Positions 40,965-51,154 of a DNA stretch of 64,000 nt are shown piece after piece (position 1 is the stretch's first letter; the number at the start of each line of letters is the position of its first letter). The stretch is from assembly GCA_965279035.1 (NCBI GenBank), contig OZ257142.1, forward strand, positions 3,840,001 through 3,904,000. The letters run 5' to 3'. The stretch comes from Bacteroidia bacterium. Its GTDB lineage: Bacteria; Bacteroidota; Bacteroidia; M30B66. A program made the translations under genes and the position numbers. The notes beneath the pieces are model-generated. The model had not been told where the DNA came from and made no database searches. It saw nothing but the letters and a program-made list of their open reading frames with translations.

Positions 40965-41429
40965 TTATTTCTGATTAAATTCCGACAATAATATCTCTAC
41001 CACTTTCTTGTCAATCGGCCAAGTCACCTGATCGGAATTTAATTGATCTACAGAAATCCAACGAAATGCTTGTGAATCATTGATTTCAGCAACACCTTCA
41101 TAAGGAATCTGAACCGTTGGAAATTGAGGTTCATTTATAAAACGACAGAGGTAATACACACTAATTAATTGTCCACCTCCGCGAAACATCGATTGCTGAA
41201 AAAAGTCGGTGGTGTAAAAATGTCGGATGATTTCTATCTCTTCAAAACATTCTTCCTGAAACTCGCGCTTTAGTCCGTCGATTAAGCCTTCGCCGTATTC
41301 AAGTCCACCGCCAGGAAATTTAGTCATGTACTGACTTTGACAATATTCATCGCTCAACAAAAGTTCGTTATTAGAGTTGATGACTAAGCCATAAACTCGC
41401 ACATTAAAAGGAAGCTGAAACGTTTGCAT
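40965..41429 (-). CDS. NUDIX hydrolase
   Basis: PGGGLEYGEGLIDGLKREFQEE Nudix box. Confidence 0.88.
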   Translation of the reverse strand: MQTFQLPFNVRVYGLVINSNNELLLSDEYCQSQYMTKFPGGGLEYGEGLIDGLKREFQEECFEEIEIIRHFYTTDFFQQSMFRGGGQLISVYYLCRFINEPQFPTVQIPYEGVAEINDSQAFRWISVDQLNSDQVTWPIDKKVVEILLSEFNQK

Positions 41430-41611
41430 GGTCAAATATACGTGTGATAAAGACAGGGAAATGAAAAAAGGCAGCCTTCATTCGAAAACCAAATTCAACT
41501 CAAACTGGAACCACCCCTATTCTCAACCCATTCCCCACAGGGATAAAAAGAGTAACAGTTCGTTTGTAGAGAACAATTGTAGCTCGACAATCAAAAAAGA
41601 ACTTTGAAACT

Positions 41612-41641
41612 TGTACGCAATTGTGTACGTAATATCGTACA
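41612..41641. promoter_or_regulatory. YefM-YoeB operator
   Basis: Three GTAC cores (41613, 41625, 41637) at 12-bp spacing, like the TGTACA operators of yefM-yoeB. Confidence 0.65.
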
Positions 41642-41662
41642 TTTACATAAAATCTTGGTAAA

Positions 41663-41911
41663 ATGAAAGCGATATCAATATCTACACTTAGAAAAGGAAT
41701 GAAAGAGTATTTCGATTATGTTTCAAAATCGATGGAAGTTATAATCGTTCCCAGAAACAAAGAAGAAGAAGCAATAGTAATAATGTCAATTCAAGAATAC
41801 AACTCGCTTAAAGAAACAGAACATCTTCTCTCAACAGAAGCCAACCAAGCAAGGCTCCAGAAGTCGATTAGCCAAATATCAGAAGGCAAGACGGTCAAGT
41901 ATAAGATTTAA
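41663..41911 (+). CDS. yefM: Phd/YefM family antitoxin
   Basis: [27 protein letters not shown]. Confidence 0.88.
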   Translation: MKAISISTLRKGMKEYFDYVSKSMEVIIVPRNKEEEAIVIMSIQEYNSLKETEHLLSTEANQARLQKSISQISEGKTVKYKI

Positions 41912-41925
41912 ATTCAAGAACAAAA

Positions 41926-42207
41926 TTGATGAATATTGAATTTACTGAGATTGCATGGGAAGACTTTTCTTATTGGATTGACAATGATGAAAATATTGTT
42001 TTAAAGATTAAAGAACTAATTACTGCAATAAGCAAAGATCCGTTCAAAGGAATTGGAAAGCCCGAACCATTAAAATTTGGATTGAAAGGCTTTTGGTCCA
42101 GAAGGATTTCAGGTGAACACAGATTAGTTTATCGAATTAGCGGAAATAAAGGAATTGATCAAAAATGTATGATCGTGCAATGTCGTTTTCATTATGATGA
42201 TAAATAA
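41926..42207 (+). CDS. yoeB: Txe/YoeB family toxin
   Basis: PFKGIGKPEPLK, WSRRISGEHRLVY, C-terminal RFHY. Confidence 0.92.
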   Translation: MMNIEFTEIAWEDFSYWIDNDENIVLKIKELITAISKDPFKGIGKPEPLKFGLKGFWSRRISGEHRLVYRISGNKGIDQKCMIVQCRFHYDDK

Positions 42208-42480
42208 TATTTAAAGAAATTTTCAGCGTATAAAATCAAACAAGAAATGCGATTCATTGTGATAAATTGAATCAACAGTTTTCATAAATACAATCGTTTA
42301 TTCATTTGCATTCTGTTCAGCTAATCAGGCTCCTAAAGTATTGAACCTTAACTATAAAAAGAAAATAAAATCATCTTCCAACCCGCGGAAAATAAATTTA
42401 GGAAATACGATTTGATTAAATTAAAAGGAATAAAAAAGGCTGCAATCTATAGAAAACAGCCTTTAAACCTAAAACCTAAA

Positions 42481-43836
42481 TTAATGATTGATTATTATTT
42501 TTCGGTTGAGGGATTCTTTTCCTTCAATTAATTGAACAATATATTCACCCGAATACAAGGTGCGCGTATCGATATACGTTGCAGTGCTGCCTTTGAAAAC
42601 TGTCGATTGAGAAATGAGCTTTCCGCTTAAATCGAACAAACGAACGAGTACATCATTTTTCACTAAATCGCCCACTTGAACAGCAATAAAATCGCTGCTT
42701 GGATTTGGAAAAACTCTCACATTTGTTTCATTCGAAAGTACAGTAGAATTGCTTAGAACATTGGGTGTATATGTCGTTACAGCTTCTCCAATTGTAGTGA
42801 CTTTTGCTGCTACTTTATTTCCATAAAATGTTGGACCAACAACATATGGATATGCTGAATTTAAATTTCCATCTACCGTACAGAAATAAGCATAAATACC
42901 ATTCGGATATTCAGGTGTTACGCAAAAACGACCATTGTGAACATCGAGGTAATCGGATTCGGAATGTGCAACAAATTCGTAGTCCTCGCGATAATGCCCT
43001 AAAGGATACGTGGTGCTCACGGCTGGACCATCCGTCACATCTGTACCATCAGCATAAGTAGTTCGTGTTGTGATATTCCTTAATTGAAAACTCGATTTCA
43101 TGCGAGTAATTCCGCCTGTTCCATCGGTATTTAAATAACCAAATGCACCATATATTGGAAATCCATCATAAGCAAAACCAAGCAATGGTGAATGTTCATT
43201 AGGGTTGATTACATATAATGCATCAGCATCGTACAAATTACACACAGTAGATATTACATTTTGATCTAAACTAAATGCCGAAGGATTTTGGTGATGATGG
43301 TAATTCCCCATTGCTGGATGTCCTTTAGCGCAATCGAAACCTGCACGTTCGGCAACAATCGCATCACGATTCCAGATTCCTTGTCCAGGAGGACCTTGAA
43401 TGGGACCACCACCTTCGGCTTGAGTGTTATTATTCCAACTTACACCATCGCGGTAATCGAATAGAGCAACACCATTGATAAAAACCCCAATATTTCCACC
43501 TGTTGTTGCGGTAGCAGTTCCCGTGTTTTGTGTAGGCGTTAATGGGAATTTGAAAATGGCGTTTTGATTTGTCGCTTGGGATGGATTTCCATCTTGAAAC
43601 GGTCCAGTAACATAGCTAGGAACTCCAGTCGCTGTTACATAAACCCAAGTAGATGAATACTGTACTGCTTGACAATTCACCAAAATTCCATTGCTAATTG
43701 GAGTTGAATTACCGGCGGTATAATAGCTTCCTGTGAGCGTAGTATTTTGCAACCAAGAAGTAATGGCTGGATTTGTCTGCGCCTGTCCCAGCGCGGAAAG
43801 CAGGAACATAATTGTTATCAAGGAGATTTTATTCAT
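42481..43836 (-). CDS. YHYH-domain protein with T9SS CTD
   Basis: NGVALF, GHP...YHHHQ, HSPLLGFAYDGFPIYG, LDVHNGR, FPNPSS CTD. Confidence 0.85.
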   Translation of the reverse strand: MNKISLITIMFLLSALGQAQTNPAITSWLQNTTLTGSYYTAGNSTPISNGILVNCQAVQYSSTWVYVTATGVPSYVTGPFQDGNPSQATNQNAIFKFPLTPTQNTGTATATTGGNIGVFINGVALFDYRDGVSWNNNTQAEGGGPIQGPPGQGIWNRDAIVAERAGFDCAKGHPAMGNYHHHQNPSAFSLDQNVISTVCNLYDADALYVINPNEHSPLLGFAYDGFPIYGAFGYLNTDGTGGITRMKSSFQLRNITTRTTYADGTDVTDGPAVSTTYPLGHYREDYEFVAHSESDYLDVHNGRFCVTPEYPNGIYAYFCTVDGNLNSAYPYVVGPTFYGNKVAAKVTTIGEAVTTYTPNVLSNSTVLSNETNVRVFPNPSSDFIAVQVGDLVKNDVLVRLFDLSGKLISQSTVFKGSTATYIDTRTLYSGEYIVQLIEGKESLNRKIIINH

Positions 43837-43870
43837 AGATCAAATTTTAGGTTGGGATTTAAAATGAATA

Positions 43871-44896
43871 TCAGGGTTTTGATTGAAAAAAAGCATGCGG
43901 ATAAGCGAAGTCTTTATTAAAAATAAAATTCCGATCACTCAGCGTTAAAAGGAAAGCAATCAGATCAATTTTTTCCTCAGAGTTCAGTTCTATCTTTTGG
44001 TTTAATTCGGATGAAAGAGTGTTGCTTTTTTGAATGCCGGATGTATAATGATTCAACACTTCACCTAATCGTTTAAAGCGCCCATCGTGCATGTAAGGAT
44101 AGGTAAATTCAATATTTCGCAATGTGGGAACTTTGAATAAAAGCGAATCGTTTGGATTTTGAGTGATGCTCATTCTTCCCATATCAAGTAATCCTGTATC
44201 TACCGGTATTCCATTGTTTCGGAAAGCATAATTCGAGAAAAGTGGTTCGGTGTGACAGGTATTACATGAACGTTTGAATAAATCATATCCACGTTGTTGC
44301 TGCTCGTTAAATACGCTTTGTTTTAGCAGTACGCTATCGTATTTAGAAGAAGCAGAAATCAAGGTTAATTGAAATTGAGATAAGGCAAGTAATAGGTTTT
44401 CTCCTGTTATTTCATTGCTATGAAATGCACGAAGGAATAAAGCAGGATAGAATTTCGAACGTTTTAATTTGGTGATAATCGTGGGGAGTTTTTCATCCAT
44501 TTCCAGCTCATTGCTAATGGGCGCTAAAGCTTGTACATCGAGGTGATTCACTGCGCCGTCCCACATAAAATTTTTCTGCCAAGCAAGATTCATTAATGCA
44601 GGAGCATTGCGTTTTCCAATTCGATCGTATATTCCGTGACTAAGCTGATGATCGGTATGAGCAAAAGCGTTGTAAGGTGAATGACATGAGGAACAAGACT
44701 GGCTGCTATCGCTCGAAAGAATGGGATCGTAAAATAATAATCGACCAAGAAAAATGCGATTCGTATCGATTGGTTTTTTATCGAAATCGTAAACTGGTTT
44801 AGGGAAATGCTTGGGGAAAATAAATAGATTATCGGCGATTCGAAATGCGAATAAAAAACCTATAAATGGAAATAATATAAATATCTTCTTGCTCAT
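43871..44896 (-). CDS. Di-heme cytochrome c peroxidase, MbnH/MauG-like
   Basis: CSSCH and CNTCH, RNAPAL, WDG, FKVPTLRN, PYMHDG; ATGA overlap with the MbnP gene. Confidence 0.88.
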   Translation of the reverse strand: MSKKIFILFPFIGFLFAFRIADNLFIFPKHFPKPVYDFDKKPIDTNRIFLGRLLFYDPILSSDSSQSCSSCHSPYNAFAHTDHQLSHGIYDRIGKRNAPALMNLAWQKNFMWDGAVNHLDVQALAPISNELEMDEKLPTIITKLKRSKFYPALFLRAFHSNEITGENLLLALSQFQLTLISASSKYDSVLLKQSVFNEQQQRGYDLFKRSCNTCHTEPLFSNYAFRNNGIPVDTGLLDMGRMSITQNPNDSLLFKVPTLRNIEFTYPYMHDGRFKRLGEVLNHYTSGIQKSNTLSSELNQKIELNSEEKIDLIAFLLTLSDRNFIFNKDFAYPHAFFQSKP

Positions 44897-45573
44897 GGTT
44901 GAAGCTGAAAACAAGAAGAAAATAGATGCGATAATTCTACTGTTCGCTTACTGGGCGACATGATTTGAAATTCCTTTTGAATATCGATTGCAGCAAAAAA
45001 AGGTTTTAAATCGATGTTAATGTAAATGTCTTTCCCCGCAGTAATGCGATGTTGAAAGGTCGTTAATGCATTGTTGGGAAATAAATATCCACCTAAATGA
45101 AATTCGAATTGATGATTCCGAGCAGGACATTTAGGACTTTGACCTTGAATTTTGACATTGATATAACCACTATTCCAAGTCCAATACATGCCGTTAACAG
45201 GATCAAGATCTTGTCCTAAAGCACCGGAAGAATTGGTTGTGCTATCAATTCCAATTTGAAATAAAAGTACTACTCCACTTTCGTTTGAAAGAATTGGTGG
45301 ACAAGGTAATTTGAGCGATTCAGGATTTTGAAAATCGCAGAGGAAATGTCGTTTTGAAAATGGATTAATGGATCCATCGGGAGAGATGAATTGTGCATCA
45401 GAAATATAGAATCGAAGATCGTCTATTAGAATACTATCACCCAAACTTGGAAGAAATACCGATTGATTGGGTTTTATTGGGATTGAATTGAATACTGGTT
45501 GAAAGATAATGTGTTGAGCTTGAAGAGAAATTCCTAAAAACAAAACCACACTCAAGCAAACATATTTCACCAT
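44893..45573 (-). CDS. MbnP family copper-binding protein
   Basis: LRFYIS, GIDS, DLDPVNGMYWTWNSGYI (WxW), FHLGG; adjacent to the MbnH-like gene. Confidence 0.82.
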   Translation of the reverse strand: MVKYVCLSVVLFLGISLQAQHIIFQPVFNSIPIKPNQSVFLPSLGDSILIDDLRFYISDAQFISPDGSINPFSKRHFLCDFQNPESLKLPCPPILSNESGVVLLFQIGIDSTTNSSGALGQDLDPVNGMYWTWNSGYINVKIQGQSPKCPARNHQFEFHLGGYLFPNNALTTFQHRITAGKDIYINIDLKPFFAAIDIQKEFQIMSPSKRTVELSHLFSSCFQLQP

Positions 45574-45580
45574 AATGGAA

Positions 45581-47302
45581 TCAATTTTCGCTGTTTTGCT
45601 GAAAGATAATTTTCCCGTGTGATTGCATTCCGGATTCACCTTTTGCCATGAACCAATATACACCACTTTTCGATTTCAATCCTTGATCATTCGTTCCATC
45701 CCAATGAATCTGATGTCCGCCTTTTTGGAGGGAAGCGTGCTCAATTAATGTTCGAATTTTACGTCCTTCTTGATCGAACACATATACATCAATCTTATCT
45801 GCTTGAGGAATAGAAAATGAAATAATTGTTTCCTCTCGAAATGGATTGGGATACACTAATTCATCGGCATACATACTATTCCAAACAATTGGAACTTCGG
45901 TAAATAAAGAATCATAGCAATTATTTATTCCAATGGTATAACTGGCAGAAACATCTTTGTTGTGACGATTTCCGTTTTCATCCTCGGGTAAATACGCCCG
46001 AACGTATTCTACTTGAACTTCATTACTGCTAACATGCACACGTAAATGCCCGGCATTCGGCAATATTTGACCTTCGAAATACCCATATTCGGCAGCCATA
46101 TTCGCTGTTTGGAAATTAGGTAAACTTGGTTGAGGAGTTTCTTGATATATGAGACAATTGCGTTCTTGCTTACCAAAGAAATGATCGTGTCCGTGGAAGA
46201 AAATGGTAGCTTTATTTTCCTCTAATACATCCCGAATGGGTTTATACCAACCTGGTCGGTTCTCTGCAAAACCGGGAGTTCCATCTAAATTATCTCCTCC
46301 CCATTCGTATTTTTCTGAAGCTTCGGAACCACCTCGACCTTCGGCATCGCCTCCAACAATTTGGTGCGAGAATACAAACTTGAAATGGGACTGACTGCTT
46401 TCCAAAGTTCTACTCAACCACTTGTATTGCGTTTCACCTAAAGTCCAGCGCCAACCGGTAAGAGAATCGGGTTTAGGTGAAGTATACCAATAGGGATCGA
46501 GAACAATAAACAAGGCATCACCCCAAGTCCAAGCATAATAATTTTCACGTAGTCCAACGAATGGATGATCAATGGTATCGCCAGAATAAAAATCGTTTGG
46601 AGCTGGATTGATGAAATATTTTTTTCGTTCAGTAGTTCCCCAAATGGCTACGTTTTCGGATGTTCCATCTTGATACCAACCTGTTTCACCTTCGTGGTTT
46701 CCAATAGCGATATACAAAGGCACCGAATGAGATTGGGTTTCGTAATATGAACGTAGCAAATGACATCGAAAGGGAACAGTGTCGTGCGGAATTACATGAG
46801 CCGAAGTGCGTAATTTATCCGACATGAGGAAATCTCCCAAATCAATCATAAAATCGGGTTGATCTTCTAATTGATTGCGCAAACACAAACGGTACAAAGC
46901 AGTATCGCTACTCTCGTCGAGATGCGGATCGGCTTGTACGATAAAGGTAAAATCACTCCCAATAGCACGTTGGGTATGAAAAGTATATTCGGGACGGATT
47001 AAGAATGAAGAAGCGCCTGGTAAACGATAAAGCAGTTGGTAGAAATACTTCGTGTTTGCTTGCAATCCATCCAAAATCATCTCGGCAGGTTCAAAAGAAC
47101 TGAATTGCAGCCAAGGAAGTTGAGAAGTATAATTACCCGAAGAGGTTCCATAGCGAACACTCATTTCAATGGTTGTGTCGAAAAATGCTTGCAGGGTAAT
47201 ACTGTGATCACTTGGACGTCCAAGCATTTCGGTATGACGAATCTCTTGTGCTACAAGCAATGTAGGCAATGCAAGAAATAGAACAATGAGGTTTTTTATC
47301 AT
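45581..47302 (-). CDS. Secreted metallophosphoesterase (purple-acid-phosphatase-like) with FlgD/T9SS C-terminus
   Basis: ADPH, DLGD, GNHE, HGHDH; YPNPF...WDG. Confidence 0.85.
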   Translation of the reverse strand: MIKNLIVLFLALPTLLVAQEIRHTEMLGRPSDHSITLQAFFDTTIEMSVRYGTSSGNYTSQLPWLQFSSFEPAEMILDGLQANTKYFYQLLYRLPGASSFLIRPEYTFHTQRAIGSDFTFIVQADPHLDESSDTALYRLCLRNQLEDQPDFMIDLGDFLMSDKLRTSAHVIPHDTVPFRCHLLRSYYETQSHSVPLYIAIGNHEGETGWYQDGTSENVAIWGTTERKKYFINPAPNDFYSGDTIDHPFVGLRENYYAWTWGDALFIVLDPYWYTSPKPDSLTGWRWTLGETQYKWLSRTLESSQSHFKFVFSHQIVGGDAEGRGGSEASEKYEWGGDNLDGTPGFAENRPGWYKPIRDVLEENKATIFFHGHDHFFGKQERNCLIYQETPQPSLPNFQTANMAAEYGYFEGQILPNAGHLRVHVSSNEVQVEYVRAYLPEDENGNRHNKDVSASYTIGINNCYDSLFTEVPIVWNSMYADELVYPNPFREETIISFSIPQADKIDVYVFDQEGRKIRTLIEHASLQKGGHQIHWDGTNDQGLKSKSGVYWFMAKGESGMQSHGKIIFQQNSEN

Positions 47303-47306
47303 CTTT

Positions 47307-48944
47307 TTAATGAGCAATCACCACGCGTTTGTTGATGATACCCTGATTTGTTGAAATACTCAGTAAATAAACTCCAGGAGCAATGGCGCTAACGTCTATT
47401 TGCTTATCGTAGAAAGTACTAATTCGATCACCTAGTAAAGAGAAAAATTCAGCTTGTTTCAACTTGATTTCATTCGGAAGTTGAATTCTTAATACATGAG
47501 AAGCAGGATTAGGCATCACCTTGATTTCGTTCCATTGTGATTGATTTTCCAAACTCAACGGATTGCATGTTCCAATGGAATAAGAAAATCCAATTTCTCC
47601 ATTATGATGTTCACCAGAAAGAGTGTCTGCAGGTAAATATGCTTTGATGTAATCAACTTGTACACAAGAAGGAGAAACTGTTACACGAACATGCCCTGTT
47701 CCATCAACAGTATCTGAAACATAGGCATCGGCATTCGCCAACATACCAATTTCATAAGTCGAATCGGCTGCCATCGGTAAAGCTTGATAGGTAACTCCAT
47801 CTAACTCTTCATGTGCAAAAACGTGATCATGACCTTGGAAGAAAAAATTTACACCATTATCTACAAATAACTGGTGAATGGGAACTCCCCAACCCGGACG
47901 TTCGGTATCGAATTGCCAAGTGGTACCATTTTGAGCATAACCGCCCCATTCAAATAAACGCGCATTGGTAACACCACCCCTACCTTGTCCACGAATGTGA
48001 TGAGCAAACACAAATTTATACTGAGCAGTGCTGCTTTCGAGTGTGTTTTTTAACCAGGTATATTGGGGCAATCCAAGCGTCCAATCCCATTTTTGTGGTT
48101 TGGCAGAAGTATCACATTCATCACGATAAACATCCAATACAACAAATAAAGCATCCCCCCAATTCCAAGCATAAAAGTTTTCGGGATTCCCCACTCCGAA
48201 AGGCTCTACATCGGTGTTCCCAGAATAAAAATCATTGGGATACGGATTGGGATAATAGAATTTCCTCCAAAGTGTTCCGTTGATTGCCAAATTATTCGGA
48301 GGATTTTGAGCCATGTAATAATCATTCTCCCCCTCGTGATTACCTAAACAAACATAGAAGGGAACTGAGTGACAAATGCTACCTAAAAAGGGACGATAAT
48401 TCTTGTATAACGTATCTAATTCACCCGAAGTAATAGAGTCGGGACGATGATCATCTCCAAAAATATCACCGAGCGACATCATAAAATCAGGATGATCGGC
48501 AAGTTGATTTGCGAGTGTTACGCGATACATAGATTGAATACCCTTTTTATCGTACAAATGCTCATCAGCTTCTAATGTAAAAGTGAATGTACTTCCTTGT
48601 GCACGCTGCGTGTGAAAAGTATATTCAGGGCTATCTATGTATGTTGAAGCACCAATCAGGCGATGATGGAATCGGTAATAATATCGGGTATTGGGACTGA
48701 GATTTTCTAAATCGAATTCAAGTGGAGTGCCGGGTATATTGGTCAAGATAGAGGATGAATTTCCATACGTACCCGATACAATTCCAAACTCAAAATAAAA
48801 CTCCTGAGCATCATCAAACAAAACACTGGCTGTAATAGAATTATCTGTTGGTCTGCCTAAAACGATCGCATTTTCTTGTGCTGATAATGTCCCCATAATA
48901 AAACAGAGAAAACCTAAGAGATGCTTTTTCTTAATTGAACTCAT
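47307..48944 (-). CDS. Secreted metallophosphoesterase paralog with T9SS CTD
   Basis: ADEH, SLGD, GNHE, QGHDH; MPNPAS CTD. Confidence 0.85.
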   Translation of the reverse strand: MSSIKKKHLLGFLCFIMGTLSAQENAIVLGRPTDNSITASVLFDDAQEFYFEFGIVSGTYGNSSSILTNIPGTPLEFDLENLSPNTRYYYRFHHRLIGASTYIDSPEYTFHTQRAQGSTFTFTLEADEHLYDKKGIQSMYRVTLANQLADHPDFMMSLGDIFGDDHRPDSITSGELDTLYKNYRPFLGSICHSVPFYVCLGNHEGENDYYMAQNPPNNLAINGTLWRKFYYPNPYPNDFYSGNTDVEPFGVGNPENFYAWNWGDALFVVLDVYRDECDTSAKPQKWDWTLGLPQYTWLKNTLESSTAQYKFVFAHHIRGQGRGGVTNARLFEWGGYAQNGTTWQFDTERPGWGVPIHQLFVDNGVNFFFQGHDHVFAHEELDGVTYQALPMAADSTYEIGMLANADAYVSDTVDGTGHVRVTVSPSCVQVDYIKAYLPADTLSGEHHNGEIGFSYSIGTCNPLSLENQSQWNEIKVMPNPASHVLRIQLPNEIKLKQAEFFSLLGDRISTFYDKQIDVSAIAPGVYLLSISTNQGIINKRVVIAH

Positions 48945-49083
48945 GAATCAAGGAAATTTTCGACTGACCTTCTAAAGGAAATAAAGTTTAAATCTATCCG
49001 ATAATCGGCAATTTAAGGAAATGGAAATGATATCAGAAAAATATTCAATCTGCAAATCAATACTTTATGATATTATTTCATGC

Positions 49084-49130
49084 AGTACCTTGCATCACAT
49101 AGTACCGTGTTAAGATAAGTTCTATGTTTG
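49084..49130 (+). promoter_or_regulatory. Putative PadR operator repeats and -7 promoter element
   Basis: AGTACC/AGTACC/AGTTCT at 17-bp spacing (49084, 49101, 49118) running into TATGTTTG. Confidence 0.5.
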
Positions 49131-49134
49131 CACT

Positions 49135-49476
49135 ATGAATATCGAAAATACCAAGGCGCAGATGCGAAAAGGAGTGCTGGAGTTTTGCATACTCTCCGTC
49201 TTATCCGCTGGTGATGCTTACACGAGTGATATCATCAGCCGACTCAAAGAATCAAAACTCATTGTAGTAGAAGGCACCTTATATCCGCTTCTCACACGTC
49301 TCAAAAATGCGGGATTGCTCAATTATCGCTGGGAAGAAAGTACTTCCGGTCCACCTCGTAAATACTACGGACTCACCGAAACCGGAAAACGTGCCCTTTC
49401 TGAATTACGCATCAGTTGGGATGAACTCGTTGCTGCTGTTGCTCAAACTCAAATATCTTCACCTTCTATTTCTTAA
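49135..49476 (+). CDS. PadR family transcriptional regulator
   Basis: QMRKGVLE, EGTLYPLLTRL, GPPRKYY. Confidence 0.92.
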   Translation: MNIENTKAQMRKGVLEFCILSVLSAGDAYTSDIISRLKESKLIVVEGTLYPLLTRLKNAGLLNYRWEESTSGPPRKYYGLTETGKRALSELRISWDELVAAVAQTQISSPSIS

Positions 49477-49479
49477 GTC

Positions 49480-51126
49480 ATGAACAAAACTATTAGCATT
49501 AACTTAAACGGAATGTTGTTCAACCTCGAAGAAGCAGCGTATGATCGCCTTTTTCGCTACTTGCAACAAATCCGTAAATCGTTCGAAGGAACCGATGGGC
49601 GTGACGAAATTGTAGAAGATATTGAAAGCCGAATTGCCGAACTCTTCAGCGAACGTCTCAAAAACAAACAAGTCATTTTAGAAAGTGAAGTGCTGGAGGT
49701 GATTGCCATTATGGGTGAACCAGAAGCCTATAAAGAGGACGAATCTGAGTCGACCGAATCTTCCAATACAAATCAGCAACATTATGAGAACATCAATGCG
49801 AACCGTCGCCTCTTTCGCGATCCCGATGATGCAGTTTTAGGCGGTGTTTGCTCTGGTTTGGGTTATTATTTTAACCTCGATCCTGTTTGGCTGCGACTCG
49901 GTTTTGTTATTGCACTTTTCTTTGCTGGTTCAGGTCCATTACTCTATATCATCCTATGGATTGTCCTTCCCAAAGCCAATAGCACAGCCGATAAATTGCA
50001 AATGCGCGGCGAACATGTAAACATCGAAAACATCGAAAAACGCATAAAAGAAGAAGCACAACGTTTTCGCGAACGTGCCGAAGCGTTTGGAGAAGAAGCT
50101 CGCCAGGGTTTTCGAAATGCAAACGTTCACGGTCGACTGGGAAATTTTTTCGAGGAATTTACTGGTGTTTTTGTAGGATTATTTCGTCGAATTGTTCTAT
50201 TCATGGGACGGTCTTTAGGGGTTTTTCTGATATTCTTGGGCGGTGTACTTCTCTTTGCTTACCTCAGTACCGTTTTCAATGCAGGAAACTTAATCTCCAT
50301 CACAGATGAAGATGGTATGTCGACCTTTTCCATTCAAGCATTTTTCAGCACTTTTTTCTCTTCACCTGATCAACAAAAACTCTTTCTCGTTGGGCTTTCT
50401 CTTGTGGTAATTTCTCCCATTTTAGGTCTTCTTCTTGGTGGATTACGTTTGCTCTTCCATCCACGTTTACGCTTAGGTTGGGTTTCCTATTTAAACGGAA
50501 TGTTATTTCTGGCTGGACTCATCTGCTGTATTGTTGCCGGATCACTCCTCATTGGTGAATTCAGCGCAAAAGGTCGCATGATTGAAAACGTTACTATCAA
50601 TTCACCTGCAAACGACACACTCGAAATTGCCATCCAACCTGGAAGTGAAATCAATTTAAAACAAGCCATGCATCTCGACCATTGGCATTTCTATTTCAAC
50701 GATGGAGAACGTTACCTCAATGGCTGGATTCACGTAAATATTGCTAGTACAGAAGACAATTTCTTCACTGCTACTGCCGAAAAATCGGCAAGAGGAACTG
50801 ATAAAAAAGAAGCAATCACAACGGCTTCTGAAATCAATTATTTTTATCGTCAGGAAGGGAACATCTTATATTTCAACCCCTATTTCAACATAAAACCCAA
50901 TAACAAATGGCGTAATCAAACACTCGATATCACGCTACGTATCCCTGAAGGTAAATTCATCCGTTTTCGAAAAGGTACCGAAGATATCCTCCACGATATC
51001 TCCAATATTCAAAATTTGAGTGATTATGAAATGGTAGAAGAAACATGGCAAATGACGAAACAGGGTTTGCATTGTATGAGTTGTGCTCAAAAATCCGAAG
51101 CAAACGAAGAAACACAAACGAATTGA
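49480..51126 (+). CDS. PspC domain membrane protein
   Basis: MNKTISINLNG, DIESRIAELF, RRLFRDPDDAVLGGVCSG. Confidence 0.88.
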   Translation: MNKTISINLNGMLFNLEEAAYDRLFRYLQQIRKSFEGTDGRDEIVEDIESRIAELFSERLKNKQVILESEVLEVIAIMGEPEAYKEDESESTESSNTNQQHYENINANRRLFRDPDDAVLGGVCSGLGYYFNLDPVWLRLGFVIALFFAGSGPLLYIILWIVLPKANSTADKLQMRGEHVNIENIEKRIKEEAQRFRERAEAFGEEARQGFRNANVHGRLGNFFEEFTGVFVGLFRRIVLFMGRSLGVFLIFLGGVLLFAYLSTVFNAGNLISITDEDGMSTFSIQAFFSTFFSSPDQQKLFLVGLSLVVISPILGLLLGGLRLLFHPRLRLGWVSYLNGMLFLAGLICCIVAGSLLIGEFSAKGRMIENVTINSPANDTLEIAIQPGSEINLKQAMHLDHWHFYFNDGERYLNGWIHVNIASTEDNFFTATAEKSARGTDKKEAITTASEINYFYRQEGNILYFNPYFNIKPNNKWRNQTLDITLRIPEGKFIRFRKGTEDILHDISNIQNLSDYEMVEETWQMTKQGLHCMSCAQKSEANEETQTN

Positions 51127-51154
51127 GTAAGCCTCATCCTGCTATCTTTGCGAA

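Noticed and set aside
43871-45573. Methanobactin biosynthetic cluster
   Set aside because: No mbnA, mbnB, mbnC or transporter nearby; only the MbnP/MbnH pair
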